Source: Raillietiella orientalis
Lineage: Eukaryota
DNA: 64,000 nt
Assembly: GCA_036172245.1 (NCBI GenBank)
Contig: JAYWIR010000052.1
Coordinates: 434,001-498,000, forward strand
Direction: 5' to 3'
The stretch's first letter is position 1. Each line of letters opens with the position of its first letter. The translations under genes and the position numbers were made by a program. This document shows, piece after piece, positions 24,421 to 35,436 of this stretch. The notes beneath the pieces are model-generated. The model had not been told where the DNA came from, made no database searches, and saw only the letters and a list, made by a program, of their open reading frames with translations.

Positions 24421-24675
24421 CTGCGTGTGGGGAATCCCGGATGTACGTTCTGTCGTCTAAAGCAAGAAGAGCTCACGGCAACCATCCCCTGATGCTCCCT
24501 GTTTCTCTTCCTCAGGGTGCTGGTCCAATGCTCCTGACAACCGGCTGATGGTCGCACCGGTCTCTCTGAGCCGAGTCGCGGGATCTTTCGATCCTCCTTC
24601 TCCTTGACCTGCGTCCAACAAGCTCTAGAGCCGAAACATTGGAGTCAGGTCGAAGGGTGGGGGCACCGAAAACAA

Positions 24676-24810
24676 GATAAAAATAGAAAGGATTACAATG
24701 GAAGAGATAAAAACAGAAAAGCCAATTATGTAAACAGAAAAGATAAAAATAGAAAAGGTAACAATGGAAAGGATAACAATAGAAAAGATAGACACAAAAA
24801 GAAGAAAATC
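24676..24810. repeat. A-rich ~15-bp degenerate minisatellite
   Basis: Repeating GATAAAAATAGAAA(A/G) / GRTWACAATGGAA units. Confidence 0.8.
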
Positions 24811-25744
24811 GCAAAAACCCGAGTTGCAACGCTGCGCGCGCACGAGCCTCGCAGCGTCGTCCATCTGGCTACTATTCGGAGGGAGAAGAGGGAGAGACGG
24901 AACTCCGGGAGCAGGCTGTCGCATGGTTCCGGGAAGTTTCTCGCGGGAGCGGGGTAGACGAGCGTTCTTCCTTGTGATTCGTGCTCGGGAAGTCTGTGGC
25001 AACCGGACCCGCGGTCACGCCGATCCTCCGTTCGCGGCTGCCTCCGCCCATTCCCGGGATTCTGGGAGTCGCTCGGGAACTTTGCCTTCTCCCGGAGAGG
25101 GATGGATGGAAGCGGCGGCAGCGGGTTCCTCGGGCACGCGCTCATTCCCCACAGAGAGAGCAAGGCACGCATGCGCGAGCAAGCACGTGCGCGCGCGTGC
25201 GCGTTCCTAAACGTCCTTCGCTCCCTCAAAGCGGCCGTGTTCCTTCCTCTCCCCTTCCTTGCGCTTCGAAGCCCTCCCGGGTTTCTTCTCTAGCGGAAGG
25301 GAGAATGAGGAAAGGGATGGGTCGTCCCTCCTCCTCCTCACTCGCTACCGTGAGGGTGTGCGCGTTGCGCGCGTTCCCTTGGGACGGCGACGTCAGATGC
25401 TGGTGGCAGCAGCCTGACGCAACGTCGCGCGCGCTCTTCGGCATCGAATTGGCTCCTCTTTCCTCTACAGCGGGAAAAGGGAAGAGAGTGAGGAAAAAGA
25501 TCCGCCGGTGATCCGTCGACTCCTCCTCCTCCTCTGAGAGCACGCTTTGCGGTGCCTCCGAGAGGGTTGGATACCTCCCGGCACCGAAGACCTTCCCAAG
25601 GAGTCCGAAGTCCCTCCAGAAACGGGAAGGAAGAGGGGCAAACCCTCGAAAGTGCTGTACCGCGTCCAGGGGAGGCAACGGGCGAAGCACAGGAGAAGAA
25701 GAAGCTTGGAGAAAGCTCCCGGTGGACGCGCGTGCCCTTCTCTT

Positions 25745-26022
25745 TCGCCCCGGGGCGAGCACCGCAAGAGGGCCGTTCAACCCCTCTTTCCCTCTCGGGC
25801 ATAGGTCCCCGTCGCGTCCTGCGAGTAGCAGCAGGGAGGTCGGAGCCTCACGCGACATCCTCCCTGATCAGCGCCGCCTCCGCTCTCTTCGATCTCGGCG
25901 GGGCATCTTTCGATCTCCTCTCGTGAGGTCAGTATGGTTCCCCTCCCCTTCCCGGAAACTCCGGGGCGAACTGCTTCTGAAAAAACCGCTACCCACAGCT
26001 GGACCGGAAGGGGGCGTGAGTG
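25745..26022 (-). repeat. Right arm of 278-bp inverted repeat
   Basis: Reverse complement of 23051-23328. Also visible as identical peptide stretches in opposite-strand ORFs (22677..23693- vs 25722..26177+). Confidence 0.97.
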
Positions 26023-27179
26023 GATTTGGGAACCGCCCGACCCAGGAAGAACTCTGCACGAGGAATAGGAGAGAAGGAAGAAGAAGAGAAAGGAACAAGC
26101 CGCGTTCCCTCTCAAGAAGGACCGGTTGCCGTCCTCTCCTTTCAGGGAAGACGTGGAAAGTCTCAACCTCTTGCTAGGGGCACGAGGCATTGGAATACGG
26201 GGAAGGAGGCGACCCGGAGTCTGGAGGCGTTTCGGAGGGAACTGCGACGTTTTCCTGGATGGCTTCATTCAAGTGCGGGCTGAGAACTTCCTCCCCCATC
26301 CCTCTCCCCAGCTACCAACGCTCCTCCGCAGAGGCTATGGGGGGAATCCCTCGTTCTCCTCCATGACTTCTGCAGCAGAGGACGAAGGGAGAGAGCGGAG
26401 AAAATTCCTCGAAGGATTCTCCGGGAAGGTTCCGTGGACTCGAGTATTTCTAGTACCCGGATCCGGGAATCCAGGAGGAATAGGAGCCACTGAGGGTGGC
26501 CGACCTTCGGTGGGGAGAGGGGGAGGGAAGGGGGGAGGAGGAGGAAAGGAAGAGAAAAGAGCGACGCGAAAGGTAGTTTGCCTCTTCTGTCGTTCTCGGG
26601 GAGGAGCAGCGGCTATCGCGCTACCTCGAGGTGGCGAGAAAGAGGAATGTACGCGCGACGCCTCCTTTGGATGGAGGTCGATCAGGAGACTCTCGAGCAA
26701 CCCTAGTTCCTCTCCATGCAGTGTACCCGGGTACAGGAGCACACGTTTCGCTTTTCCTGCCCTACCGTAAGGGAAGGAAAGGACCTCCGCTTTGGGGCGG
26801 GTCTTGCCAGGGGAGTTCATTTCAGAAAGCAGCTGTGGGGGGGGGGGGGATAGGCCTTCCAATGGGAAGAACTTCCTTGGAAATGTCCCTGGTGAGGAGG
26901 AGGCTCACTTCTGGGAAAGTCCAGCCAAACTCCCCTTCGCTCTTTCCGGCTCGTTGTTCGGCGGGACAAGGGGCGGGAGGAGAAAAGAAGGGGAGGAGGG
27001 GGAGGGGGGAGAGAAGGGGAAGCCGTGAGTGCGGAAAAGCAAAGAGGGGCGGTCTCAGCGACGCAGCATTCGAGTCGCTGGACCGGAAAAGGAGGACAAC
27101 ACCCCGTTCTAAGAACCAAAGGAGGATTGGGTGTGCCTGCCCTTTCCCGAATCTGACGAACGGCCCGATTCCTAGAGGT

Positions 27180-27217
27180 TTTTACCCTGTGACGGCGGGA
27201 CGTTTATTTAAAAAAAT
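27180..27217 (+). mobile_element. Diverged SINE/retroposon 3' end
   Basis: TTTTACCCTGTGACGGCGGGACGTTTATTT plus an A-run aligns with the 5241 copy, with about 6 mismatches in 29 nt. Confidence 0.4.
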
Positions 27218-29689
27218 AACCCACAAGTCAGAGGGGAGGGGCGTCTCCTGATTACAAGAGGTGCCAAAATGAAAAGAAGTCCATTGAGGATGACCACCGG
27301 CACGCAGGCCGGCTTCTATAGAAGTAGGGAACGGAGGAAGGGGACAGTAAATAAATAAAAAAAAGAGGATCGGGTAGGGACAGGGGGGTCTTTGGTCTTT
27401 CTTCGTTCCTCTTTTTCTAGAAGCGGCTGTGCATGGTGACGGCCTCTCTGATGACTTCTGCTGGCAGGTGAGGCCCCACCTCGTGAGGGTGGCGGTTGCC
27501 ATGCTGCTGGTCTCCTCCTCTCTCCGAGGACGCGACTCCATCACGGACCGGGCTGTGTCGCTTTGGTGCCGATGCAACAGAAGGCTGCGCTCGCAAAGTC
27601 CGTTTTCATCCCGCCTTGCGTGAAGAAGAAGCGCCGCGGCAAGTCCTTCGCACTGGCCGCTGGGTGGCGGAGCGCCGAAGCGAGTCGCACCGCCGTGTGT
27701 GCGCGGAGGGCGCTGCAGTCCAGCAGGAGGCGCAGGGAGCGACTCCATCGTCCCGCACCTGGGGCGGTTCGAGGTGGCAGCTCCCCCGGAAACCTGGTTG
27801 CCACGGCGATCCCCAGTGCAGGAGCAGCAGGACATCCTGAACGTTTCCAACGGAGCGGAGGTGTGCGCACACACAGGGGGGAAGGGGCTGCGAGTTCTTC
27901 GAGGGGGGCACATCGAGCAGGTCGCTCCACCGAAGGAGCCCCTTCTTCGTCCGGGGACGAGGAGTGGGCGCCGTCCACCAACACGCCGCTCGTTTAGCAG
28001 CCATCCGGGAGTTCGTCGACTCCTGTGATGGTGCAGGGCAATTCCCGCCCCGCTGGTCTGCTGCTGTCGCCGCTCGCCCCGAGGGCAGACGGTTGTGCTG
28101 CGCGGCAAGGAGCGTGGGGGTCACCCGGGGCCACTGCATCCAATCCTGCGGGAGATCTGCGAACAGTGCGCATGGGAGTCGCCGCAGAGGATGCAGTTCC
28201 TGTGGGCGCACTTCTGGAGTGGCAACCCTGGGCCCCAGCGTCTCCTGCCTCCAGGCGTTCCAGTTCCGGGGACGGCAACTAGGAGATCCACGAGTGAGCC
28301 GCCAGAAGCGAGGACGAGTGCCTCAGTGGGTAGCCAACTCCGATCTTCCCGCGTAGGTTGCGCGGCAGCAGCGAAAGAAGTCTTGTGCTTCCATAGCATT
28401 ACCGGAGGATGTGGTGTGCCGGAGCACACACCAGTGGCAAGGCCACAATCTGCCAAAACAGGGACGGGAGCCGGGACTGCGCCTGCAGTCCGATCTTGCA
28501 GATGGTCAAGTCGACGTCCTGGCTTGGCGCCAGCACCTCTTAGAGGGAAGCCAGCATCCGCATCCTGCAGCATATTGCTGAAGGTGTCAGGGGACCCTAG
28601 GCGGGCTGCCCCCTAGAAAACGAAAGGAAGGCCATTCCAGGGGAGAAGAAGAGAAGATGGGCAACGACATCCAGCCCCTATTCCCCCTCCTCCCCCGTTT
28701 TCCACGGAAGGGAACTTCCCTTGGGCTGGACGCAGTGACTGGCGAGAACGAGGGCAGGCGCTCCCAGGCTTCTCCTGCAAAAGGGATGCTGATAAGGGAT
28801 GGCAAAAAAGGAGGGTGGCAGGGAAGGCCAACGCCTCCGAACGTGTCGCCGCCGATGGAACGAATGCAGGTCGAGTCCGCTTAAGGGCCTTGGGTGTGAA
28901 TTCAGATTCATCGGAGGGGGAGGAAAGGAGTAGGAGAAGGGGGTGAGGAGCGCACCGTTCCTCCTTTCCACTTGTCCTGTTTTGCGCTTCCACTTTCAGG
29001 AGTCTCGGGCGCCGAGCCCCATCATAGACCCTCGAAGGATGGCCTCCTACTGTGGTGCGGAGCTGGTCCACCGACGTACGAGATGTTTCTTGGATCCTTA
29101 CGGCCGCCACCCCTCCACTGCTGCTTCAGGAGGTTTCCTCGCTAGTCGGAGAGGAGCAGTAGAAGAGGAAATAGGTGCTGCTCTTCCTGCCAGCGGCCGC
29201 TGCAGCCAGGCACGGATTCCACTCCACCTTCCTTCCCTCATCCGGAATCCTTCATTCACTTTTTCTTTCCAACCGCCTCCCTTTATCCAGTACCGTTCGT
29301 TCAGTCGGGAGTTTCAGTGCAAGTATCTTGCAGATATCTTGCAGGCGACGCACTGCAGCCTTGCTACATTCTCTGCCTCTAGAAGTTGTCATTTCTACAT
29401 CGTCAAGGAGGAGTAGAAGACTGACCGATATTTCGAAATCTTGAAGGCTTATCCACCGCCCTCCAATTCGCTCACACTCTTAACGATCTTTCTGCTCGGT
29501 TTGTCTCTCGACCCCGGGTTGGGTTCATCTCCAAGGGTGCAAGACTTTCCGATGACCTCCAACTCTGCCTCCAGATGCTACGTCGTTCATCGCCTCGCTG
29601 CCACTTTCACGGGCGATAACCTGTGCTCAGGTGCTGTTCCAGTGGATGCAGGCAGACTCGGTATCTCCAACCATTTTCTACTGGTTGCT

Positions 29690-29900
29690 ACCTAGAGCGC
29701 CTTGGAGGTCATTTGGCTGCGACCTCCTCGCGTGGCACCTAGCGTCGCGGGTTCGAATCCCTACGTGGAGGATCGACGCTGAGAATGGGGGTGCGTCGTG
29801 GGTTTCGAGTCCTCCCCGCAAGATGGTGCTGGTTGGCCGATAGGTTTCGGGTGCGGCCCTGGTTGACACCCGGTCACTCCGGGGCGTTTACTTATGAAAC
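29690..29900 (+). mobile_element. Putative tRNA-derived SINE
   Basis: Pol III B box GGTTCGAATCC at 29750-60, A-box-like TGG..TGG about 45 bp upstream, and a 3' motif GGTTGACACCCGGTCACTCCGGGGCGTTTA that recurs before A-tails elsewhere in the window. Confidence 0.65.
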
Positions 29901-29924
29901 CTACATGTCTGCGGCAGGACGATA

Positions 29925-30440
29925 TGCTTCGGGTGCGCACTGATGGAAGTCGGAAACCTCGGATACCCCCGTTAACCGGCCGGTATTGGAAGTTGACCGT
30001 CAGGCGTCCTTCCAGGAATCAAGGAGCTCTCCGGTGGTGAAAATGGAGCTGTTACCATGGAACTGGTTGATATCTCCCTCGGGGGTTGCCTCTCTGGAGT
30101 CTCAAGAAATGTGCTGAGCCTTCGGGGAGCGCCCTCCATGGAAATTCGGAAGTGTCCCCCCGGGATTCTCTTCAGAGGGGTAAACAAGGAGAGGTTCCCT
30201 TGCGGGTTCCCTCCTGCGAAGAAATTCCAGGAGTGGATCCTTTCCAGTGCTCTCCGTGGAAAGGATTTGGGGACGGAGACGAAATGAAGAAGGCTTCCCG
30301 CTCCTCTCCAGGGGATCCCTCCGGAGAGAATAAGGGAAGGTTCCCTTCGGGGTTCCCTTCGAAGAGTAAGGGAGGAACGGACTCCTTCCTCCACAGCCTT
30401 TCTGGGTTCATAGGGTGGCCCTCTCCGTGGTAATTCCCTA
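29925..30440 (+). repeat. Dispersed ~520-bp repeat, copy C
   Basis: Colinear with 10535-11055; starts directly after the SINE. Confidence 0.85.
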
Positions 30441-31318
30441 ACCTGAAGAGTCATACGCACCTTCGGGTGGCGTAGACAGTGTTGAAGAACTCTGTGAGCC
30501 TTCCCTAGGGAGGTGACCGGTTCTCGATATCGAACTGCGGGTATTCGGGGACATGAAAATGGAGTACGCATGTGGACACTCGCCCCTCCTCCACTACGGG
30601 AGAGGACGCTGAAAAAGCCACACTAGTGAGCGTTTGTGCTCCCTCTCAGAATTGGTTGCGTGGAGTACGGCTTGCCTTCAATTGCTTGTGCCGAAGATTT
30701 GGCCAGGTCACTTGAACGTGAATCCGACCCGATGCTCTGTTGCTTTCATGCACTTCCACTTTCACTCTGAAGGCTGTCCTTGTAATAGCGGTATCCTTTT
30801 CATCTTGAAGATTGTCAGCTCCCTGGAGTCTGATAAGCAATCTTGGAAAAAAGTGACTCTTGTTATGCACTGCACATGTATAAGGGCACGTATCACAAAA
30901 GCAGACAAGTTTTTGTGAGCTACCTTGGTACAGAGTGTTGATTGCCACGTGTACGAATGAAAATTTCTACGTGAATTGTAAGCAAATACGTAATAAGTTG
31001 CAGTTTGAAGAGAATAACAGCACGAAAAACCTGAACCGAACGCAGTTTTCGAAGGATTGCAGTTTCCCACAAACGAATTGAATCTTGACATTCCATTATG
31101 GTTAAGCTACGTTTCTTTTCTGTATGTTTAGAGACGAATCGAGCTTATAAACACGTTGCACAAAATGCGGAATCGAATGCCAGTGATATTCATAAACACG
31201 CTACCAAGAGAGGGTGGGGTACGATTTGATTTATTAGTCCCTTAACCGTACGAACGGCACATAAATATTTATCAGTAACTTTATGTTGTGTATTCATATT
31301 GAAATTGTATAACAAATG

Positions 31319-31428
31319 TACTAAGAGGAACACAGAATAGGATACATGACCTGCCAATTGCATTTGTAAACACTACTAAGAGGAACACAGAATAGGATAC
31401 ATGACCTGTCAATAACATTTGTAAACAC
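31319..31428. repeat. 55-bp tandem duplication (2 copies)
   Basis: TACTAAGAGGAACACAGAATAGGATACATGACCTG.CAAT..CATTTGTAAACAC starts at 31319 and at 31374. Confidence 0.95.
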
Positions 31429-34400
31429 ATTAGCAAGAGAGATTAGAATGAGACTTGATTTATTCTTACCCCAACCGTGGTACACTGAATATAAATATTT
31501 ATTAACAACCTAGGCTAGCGACAGTAGCGTAGGCTTAATTCATTGTTACTGCTGGCGACAAATGAAAACAGCAGTCTGAATGCAATGGCACAACCGTTGT
31601 TTGTGTAATATATAAAATCTGCGTGTTGAATGATGCCTGGAAGTGTTAGGAAATTGCCCAAGAATCTCTCCCTGCTGAGGTAAGGCATCCTTATTTTCCA
31701 AGCTGATAGGCGACGGGGATCATTGAGTGCTGGAGTGGGTAAGTCGGAAAGGCGAAAGTGGGGGACCTTGCGCAGGAAAAAGGGTAGCGAAAGACCCAAA
31801 GAAGGGAAACACAGCTTGACGGACTCCACCATGGACGTGGATTCCCTCCTTTGGTTTGACCATTTGGGAAGAGCGTGAATTTTCGGTGAGCAAACCTCTG
31901 TTTGCTCTGTGAATCAGTGGGTAACTTTGGAGAGACAAAGAGGCTGCGTGTGTGTGTGTGTTTTTGCGTGCCCGTTTGCAGCTCCTTGGGAATCGGTGAA
32001 TGCGTTGCAGCAAGCCTGCAGATCCCTGATGAGCGCATTGCGCGTAGCGCGCTACCCGGTGAGCCGACGGAGAACCTTGGGCTGTGCGCTGGTCAAGTCA
32101 GGGACGAGGAGGGATGGCGGTCAGGCCGCGGGTAAGATCCGTTCCAGGGTCGTGGCGGATCTCCCCGTGAAAGCTACGCAAAGCCACCTCCGATCTATGG
32201 GGGATCCAATCGGGAAGATCATCGAAGAGGACCATCGGGAGAGGTCGTCCCTTCGGCGATCTTCGCGACTGGCGTCAAGGGGCCGGGGGCGCGGAAGGAG
32301 CCACCCGGATTTCCCTGGAACAAGACCGGTAAAAACTGGAGCCAGGTCGTCTGGTAACTGCAGTCTCGGAGGATCCAAGAGGCTAAAGAGGAGACAAAAC
32401 TCCCAATCCCTGGGGAAACCCCTCTCAGAGGAAGGATCCTGGGAAACGGGGAGAAGGAAGAACCTGGGATAGGGGAATCTCCGACAGGAATGCCATTCCC
32501 GGATGACAATTCTTTTCTACCCTCGTCTTTCGCACCGCATCCCCCCGCCTTTTCGAAAAAGGGGAGCCGGAATCGAAACAGCCACTTCCTCTGGCTGCAG
32601 TTCCGCTCCCGCAGGGAGCGAGCAGACGGATCGTAGAGGCGGTCCCAGCGGGGCTGAAACCGCGGAAATCCCCGAGGAGACAGAAGCGTCTGTCGCCTCG
32701 GGGTCTCTTTTGCTCTGCCAACCACTGCCCGTGGAGGAGGAGGCGATGGGAGAAGCGCCTTCGACGAGGAAGGGGCTAAAGGATGGAAGGGATGTCACCC
32801 TGCTACGGCAGCAAGGAGAGAGGGAGATCGTTCGCTCGTCCGAGATGCAAACTGGCACTGCTGTTCTCGGGGGAGAGCGGCGAACTCGATCTGTAAACGC
32901 CCGAGCGCGCGCAGGCACCCGGAGGCTGGACGGCCGCGTGCGATCCCGGTCTGCGGTCTCGGCGATCGAAGTCAGTCCATCAAGCGCGCGCCGTTTGGGG
33001 GGAGGGACTGGGGGAGGGAAGGAAAGAACTCGGGGAATCCTACGGGAGGAGTGGCACGAACGGCTCTCCTTTTCCTCCTCCGTCGTCAAGGAGACCCGCC
33101 GAAGGAGCAGCGTGGCTGTCCAGCCGGATGCCTTCTGTCTTCCCTGGCGGCGTGCAGGGAAGAAGGACGGGTTGGCCATCTTTCGGAAGACGCTAGGGTG
33201 CAGGAAGAGGGAGGGATGGGGCTTCCACTCCCGGGGGACGGAGGTTCCTCGCCAATCGATTGCAGCAGCATCCGTCCGGTCCTCTTCGGCTGCTCCTCGG
33301 ACGACTCTTCGGAAAGTTGAGAAGCTCCACGCTGCCACCTTTGCAAGGCCCGCGGAGAAAGGTAGTGGGACGAGAAGGTAGAGGAAGGATGACGAGGGGA
33401 CCTCAGTGGTAGTTGAGGGTAGTCGAGGAAGGTACGAAAAGGTGGAAGGGCGGGGTGAAGAGTGAGGGAGAGGTGCAGGGCACTCCCCTCTTCTCGAGAC
33501 CCCACCCCCTCTCTCACCCTCCCTGTTTCCGGAATGGGAACGACGGCAGCGAGGAGGAGGGCGATGCCGGGGAGAGGCAGCCAAAATCTTCCATCCCTTC
33601 CCTCCCAGGCGTCGCCTTCTGGAGGGAAGGAGGGAGGGGAGGTGGGGAAAATTCTGGAGGCAGAGGCCGTCGTGCAGCCGTCCCTGAAACGGGCAGGCGT
33701 CTCCGTGGAGATCCTCGGGCTGCCTGCAGCCGCTGCTCGCGCCTTCGCGGCGACGGGCAAAGTCGGGTCCGCGCTCCCTCCTCCTCCTCCTCCCCGGCGG
33801 AGTCGTGCTCGTGGGTGAGGAGTGGGTGAGGGAGAGAGACGGAGGGAACGAGACAGGTCCCTCCTTTCGCACTTCCGCCGCTTTTGCTGAGCCGAGTGCG
33901 CTTCTTCCCCCCTGACGCCGCCCCAGGTGCTCCTTGCGGATCTGAGGGCAGACGTCTCCCTGGCCGCCCCTACCCTGCTGCTGAGGAATGAAAGGGAGGG
34001 GAAGGAAGCGAATGGGGTGGTGGCCCCTTCCTTGCCGCTCCCTCCAGAGAGAGGGCGGCGGCCAGCCACGTTTCTCCTACGCGCACGCGCGCGCGCGCGC
34101 GCGCGCGCTCTTCTTCCCCAGCCCGCGGTGCTCGCGCGAAAGCGGGCGCTCAGTCCGAGGGGTGCTCGGCAGATGTCTCCCTCGGCCGCTCCCGGAGGCG
34201 TCCCTCCGCGGACTCCGATTGGAACGCCGCTGGGGCGAGGGGTTCCAGCAGGAGGGCTTGCCGGCACAGAAGACCCACCACTTGGCCGCCACCCCACCTC
34301 CTGTCCCATCCCGTAGAGCTCCCACGGAAAGGAACGGGAACGCGAAGAGGGTCGGTTGACCCCTTCCCCCCTTCCCCCCCGACGGTTCAGCGGGAAGGAG

Positions 34401-34439
34401 AGGAGAGAGGAGGGAGGGAGAGGGAGCTATCTCTGCTCT

Positions 34440-34690
34440 TCGTCCGGAACCCGGAAGCGCGCGCGCGCGTCCGCCTGCGGGACCCCTGAAGAGGACCGCG
34501 GAGGGAGGAAGGAGCAAAGGCGACTGGGCGAGGGGCCTCCCCCACGCGCTCCCTCGGAGCCAATCAGAGGCGGGCCGCAGCAGGCCGCCGCCCAATGGCA
34601 AGGCGGCTGCCGGCCGTTGCCTGCGCTCCGCTCGTATTCCACTCCAGCGCTCGGAAGACGTCGCGCGCGTTGGCCACGTGCTGCTGCTGC
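34440..34690 (+). promoter_or_regulatory. Putative dac proximal promoter (CpG-rich, no obvious TATA)
   Basis: CCGGAAG ETS-type site ~34451 next to a (GC)n run; CCAAT at 34560 and 34592; GGCGGG at 34569; CACGTG at 34675. All lie 170-400 bp upstream of the dac ATG. TSS unknown. Confidence 0.55.
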
Positions 34691-34846
34691 TGGTCGCCCG
34701 CCGCCGCTGCGTTCGTCCCCACGGGACGGAAGAAAGGGAGAGGCAGGTAGTGGACGTGCGCGCGCGCGCACGGGAGCGTTGCCCGTCGCCCCCCTCCCCC
34801 CTCCTTTCCCTTCTCCTCCTCCCCCCCCGCCGAGAAGGGGATCCGC

Positions 34847-35436
34847 ATGAGCCTGGACGGAGCAATGGACGCGGGCGAAGAGGCCGGGGGCATGTCCCCG
34901 CCCGCCGGGGCCGACTCGCCACCTTCGCCCCCGAGATCCTCTCCTCCGGACCCGTGGGGGGCCGGCCCCACCGCCGCCGTCCCCGCTGCCCGCCAAGGAA
35001 AACCTTCTTTTCCCCCACCCTCCCACCCCCTTCCACCGCCGGCGCCTCCAGTTGGCGCCGTGGACCGGCCGTCTTACCGCGCCAGCCCGCCGCCTCCCCC
35101 GGCGCCGCCGCCGCCACCACCGTCCCTCGCCGACCCGTCCGTCAACGAGTGTCGCCTGGTGGACTACCGCGGCGCCAAGGTCGCCGCCTTTGCCATCGCC
35201 GGCCACACCATGCTGTGCCTGCCCCAGGCCTTCGAGCTGTTCCTCAAGCACCTGGTGGGGGGGCTGCACACCGTGTACACCAAGCTGAAGCGCCTGGACA
35301 TCACGCCGCTGGTGTGCAACGTGGAGCAGGTCCGCGTTCTGCGGGGACTCGGCGCCATCCAGCCGGGGGTCAATCGTTGCAAGCTGCTCTCCGCCAGGGA
35401 CTTCGACGTCCTCTACAAGGACTGCACCACCGCAAG
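34847..35436 (+). CDS. dac: Dachshund coding exon 1: Pro-rich N-terminus plus DD1 (Ski/Sno/Dac) domain
   Basis: Encodes ...NECRLVDYRGAKVAAFAIAGHTMLCLPQAFELFLKHLVGGLHTVYTKLKRLDITPLVCNVEQVRVLRGLGAIQPGVNRCKLLSARDFDVLYKDCTTA, the Dachshund DD1 signature. Phase-2 donor AG|GTAG at 35436/37. The ATG at 34847 is inferred; downstream Mets are possible alternatives. Confidence 0.97.

Noticed and set aside
23041..26032. Autonomous DNA transposon or DIRS element
   Set aside because: No transposase, RT or tyrosine-recombinase motifs inside and no TSD; kept only as an inverted-repeat cassette.
29690..29775. Genuine tRNA gene
   Set aside because: The B box is present, but I could not build a clean cloverleaf or find a T-run terminator. 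It continues into a repeated 3' tail, so SINE fits better.
31319..31428. CRISPR-like array
   Set aside because: Two adjacent copies without unique spacers in eukaryotic DNA. No CRISPR, rRNA or prokaryotic operon features were seen anywhere in the window.
33655..33695. Minus-strand peptide FRDGCTTASASR resembling dac YKDCTTASSR
   Set aside because: Only about 5 identical residues, with no flanking DD1 similarity; treated as chance.
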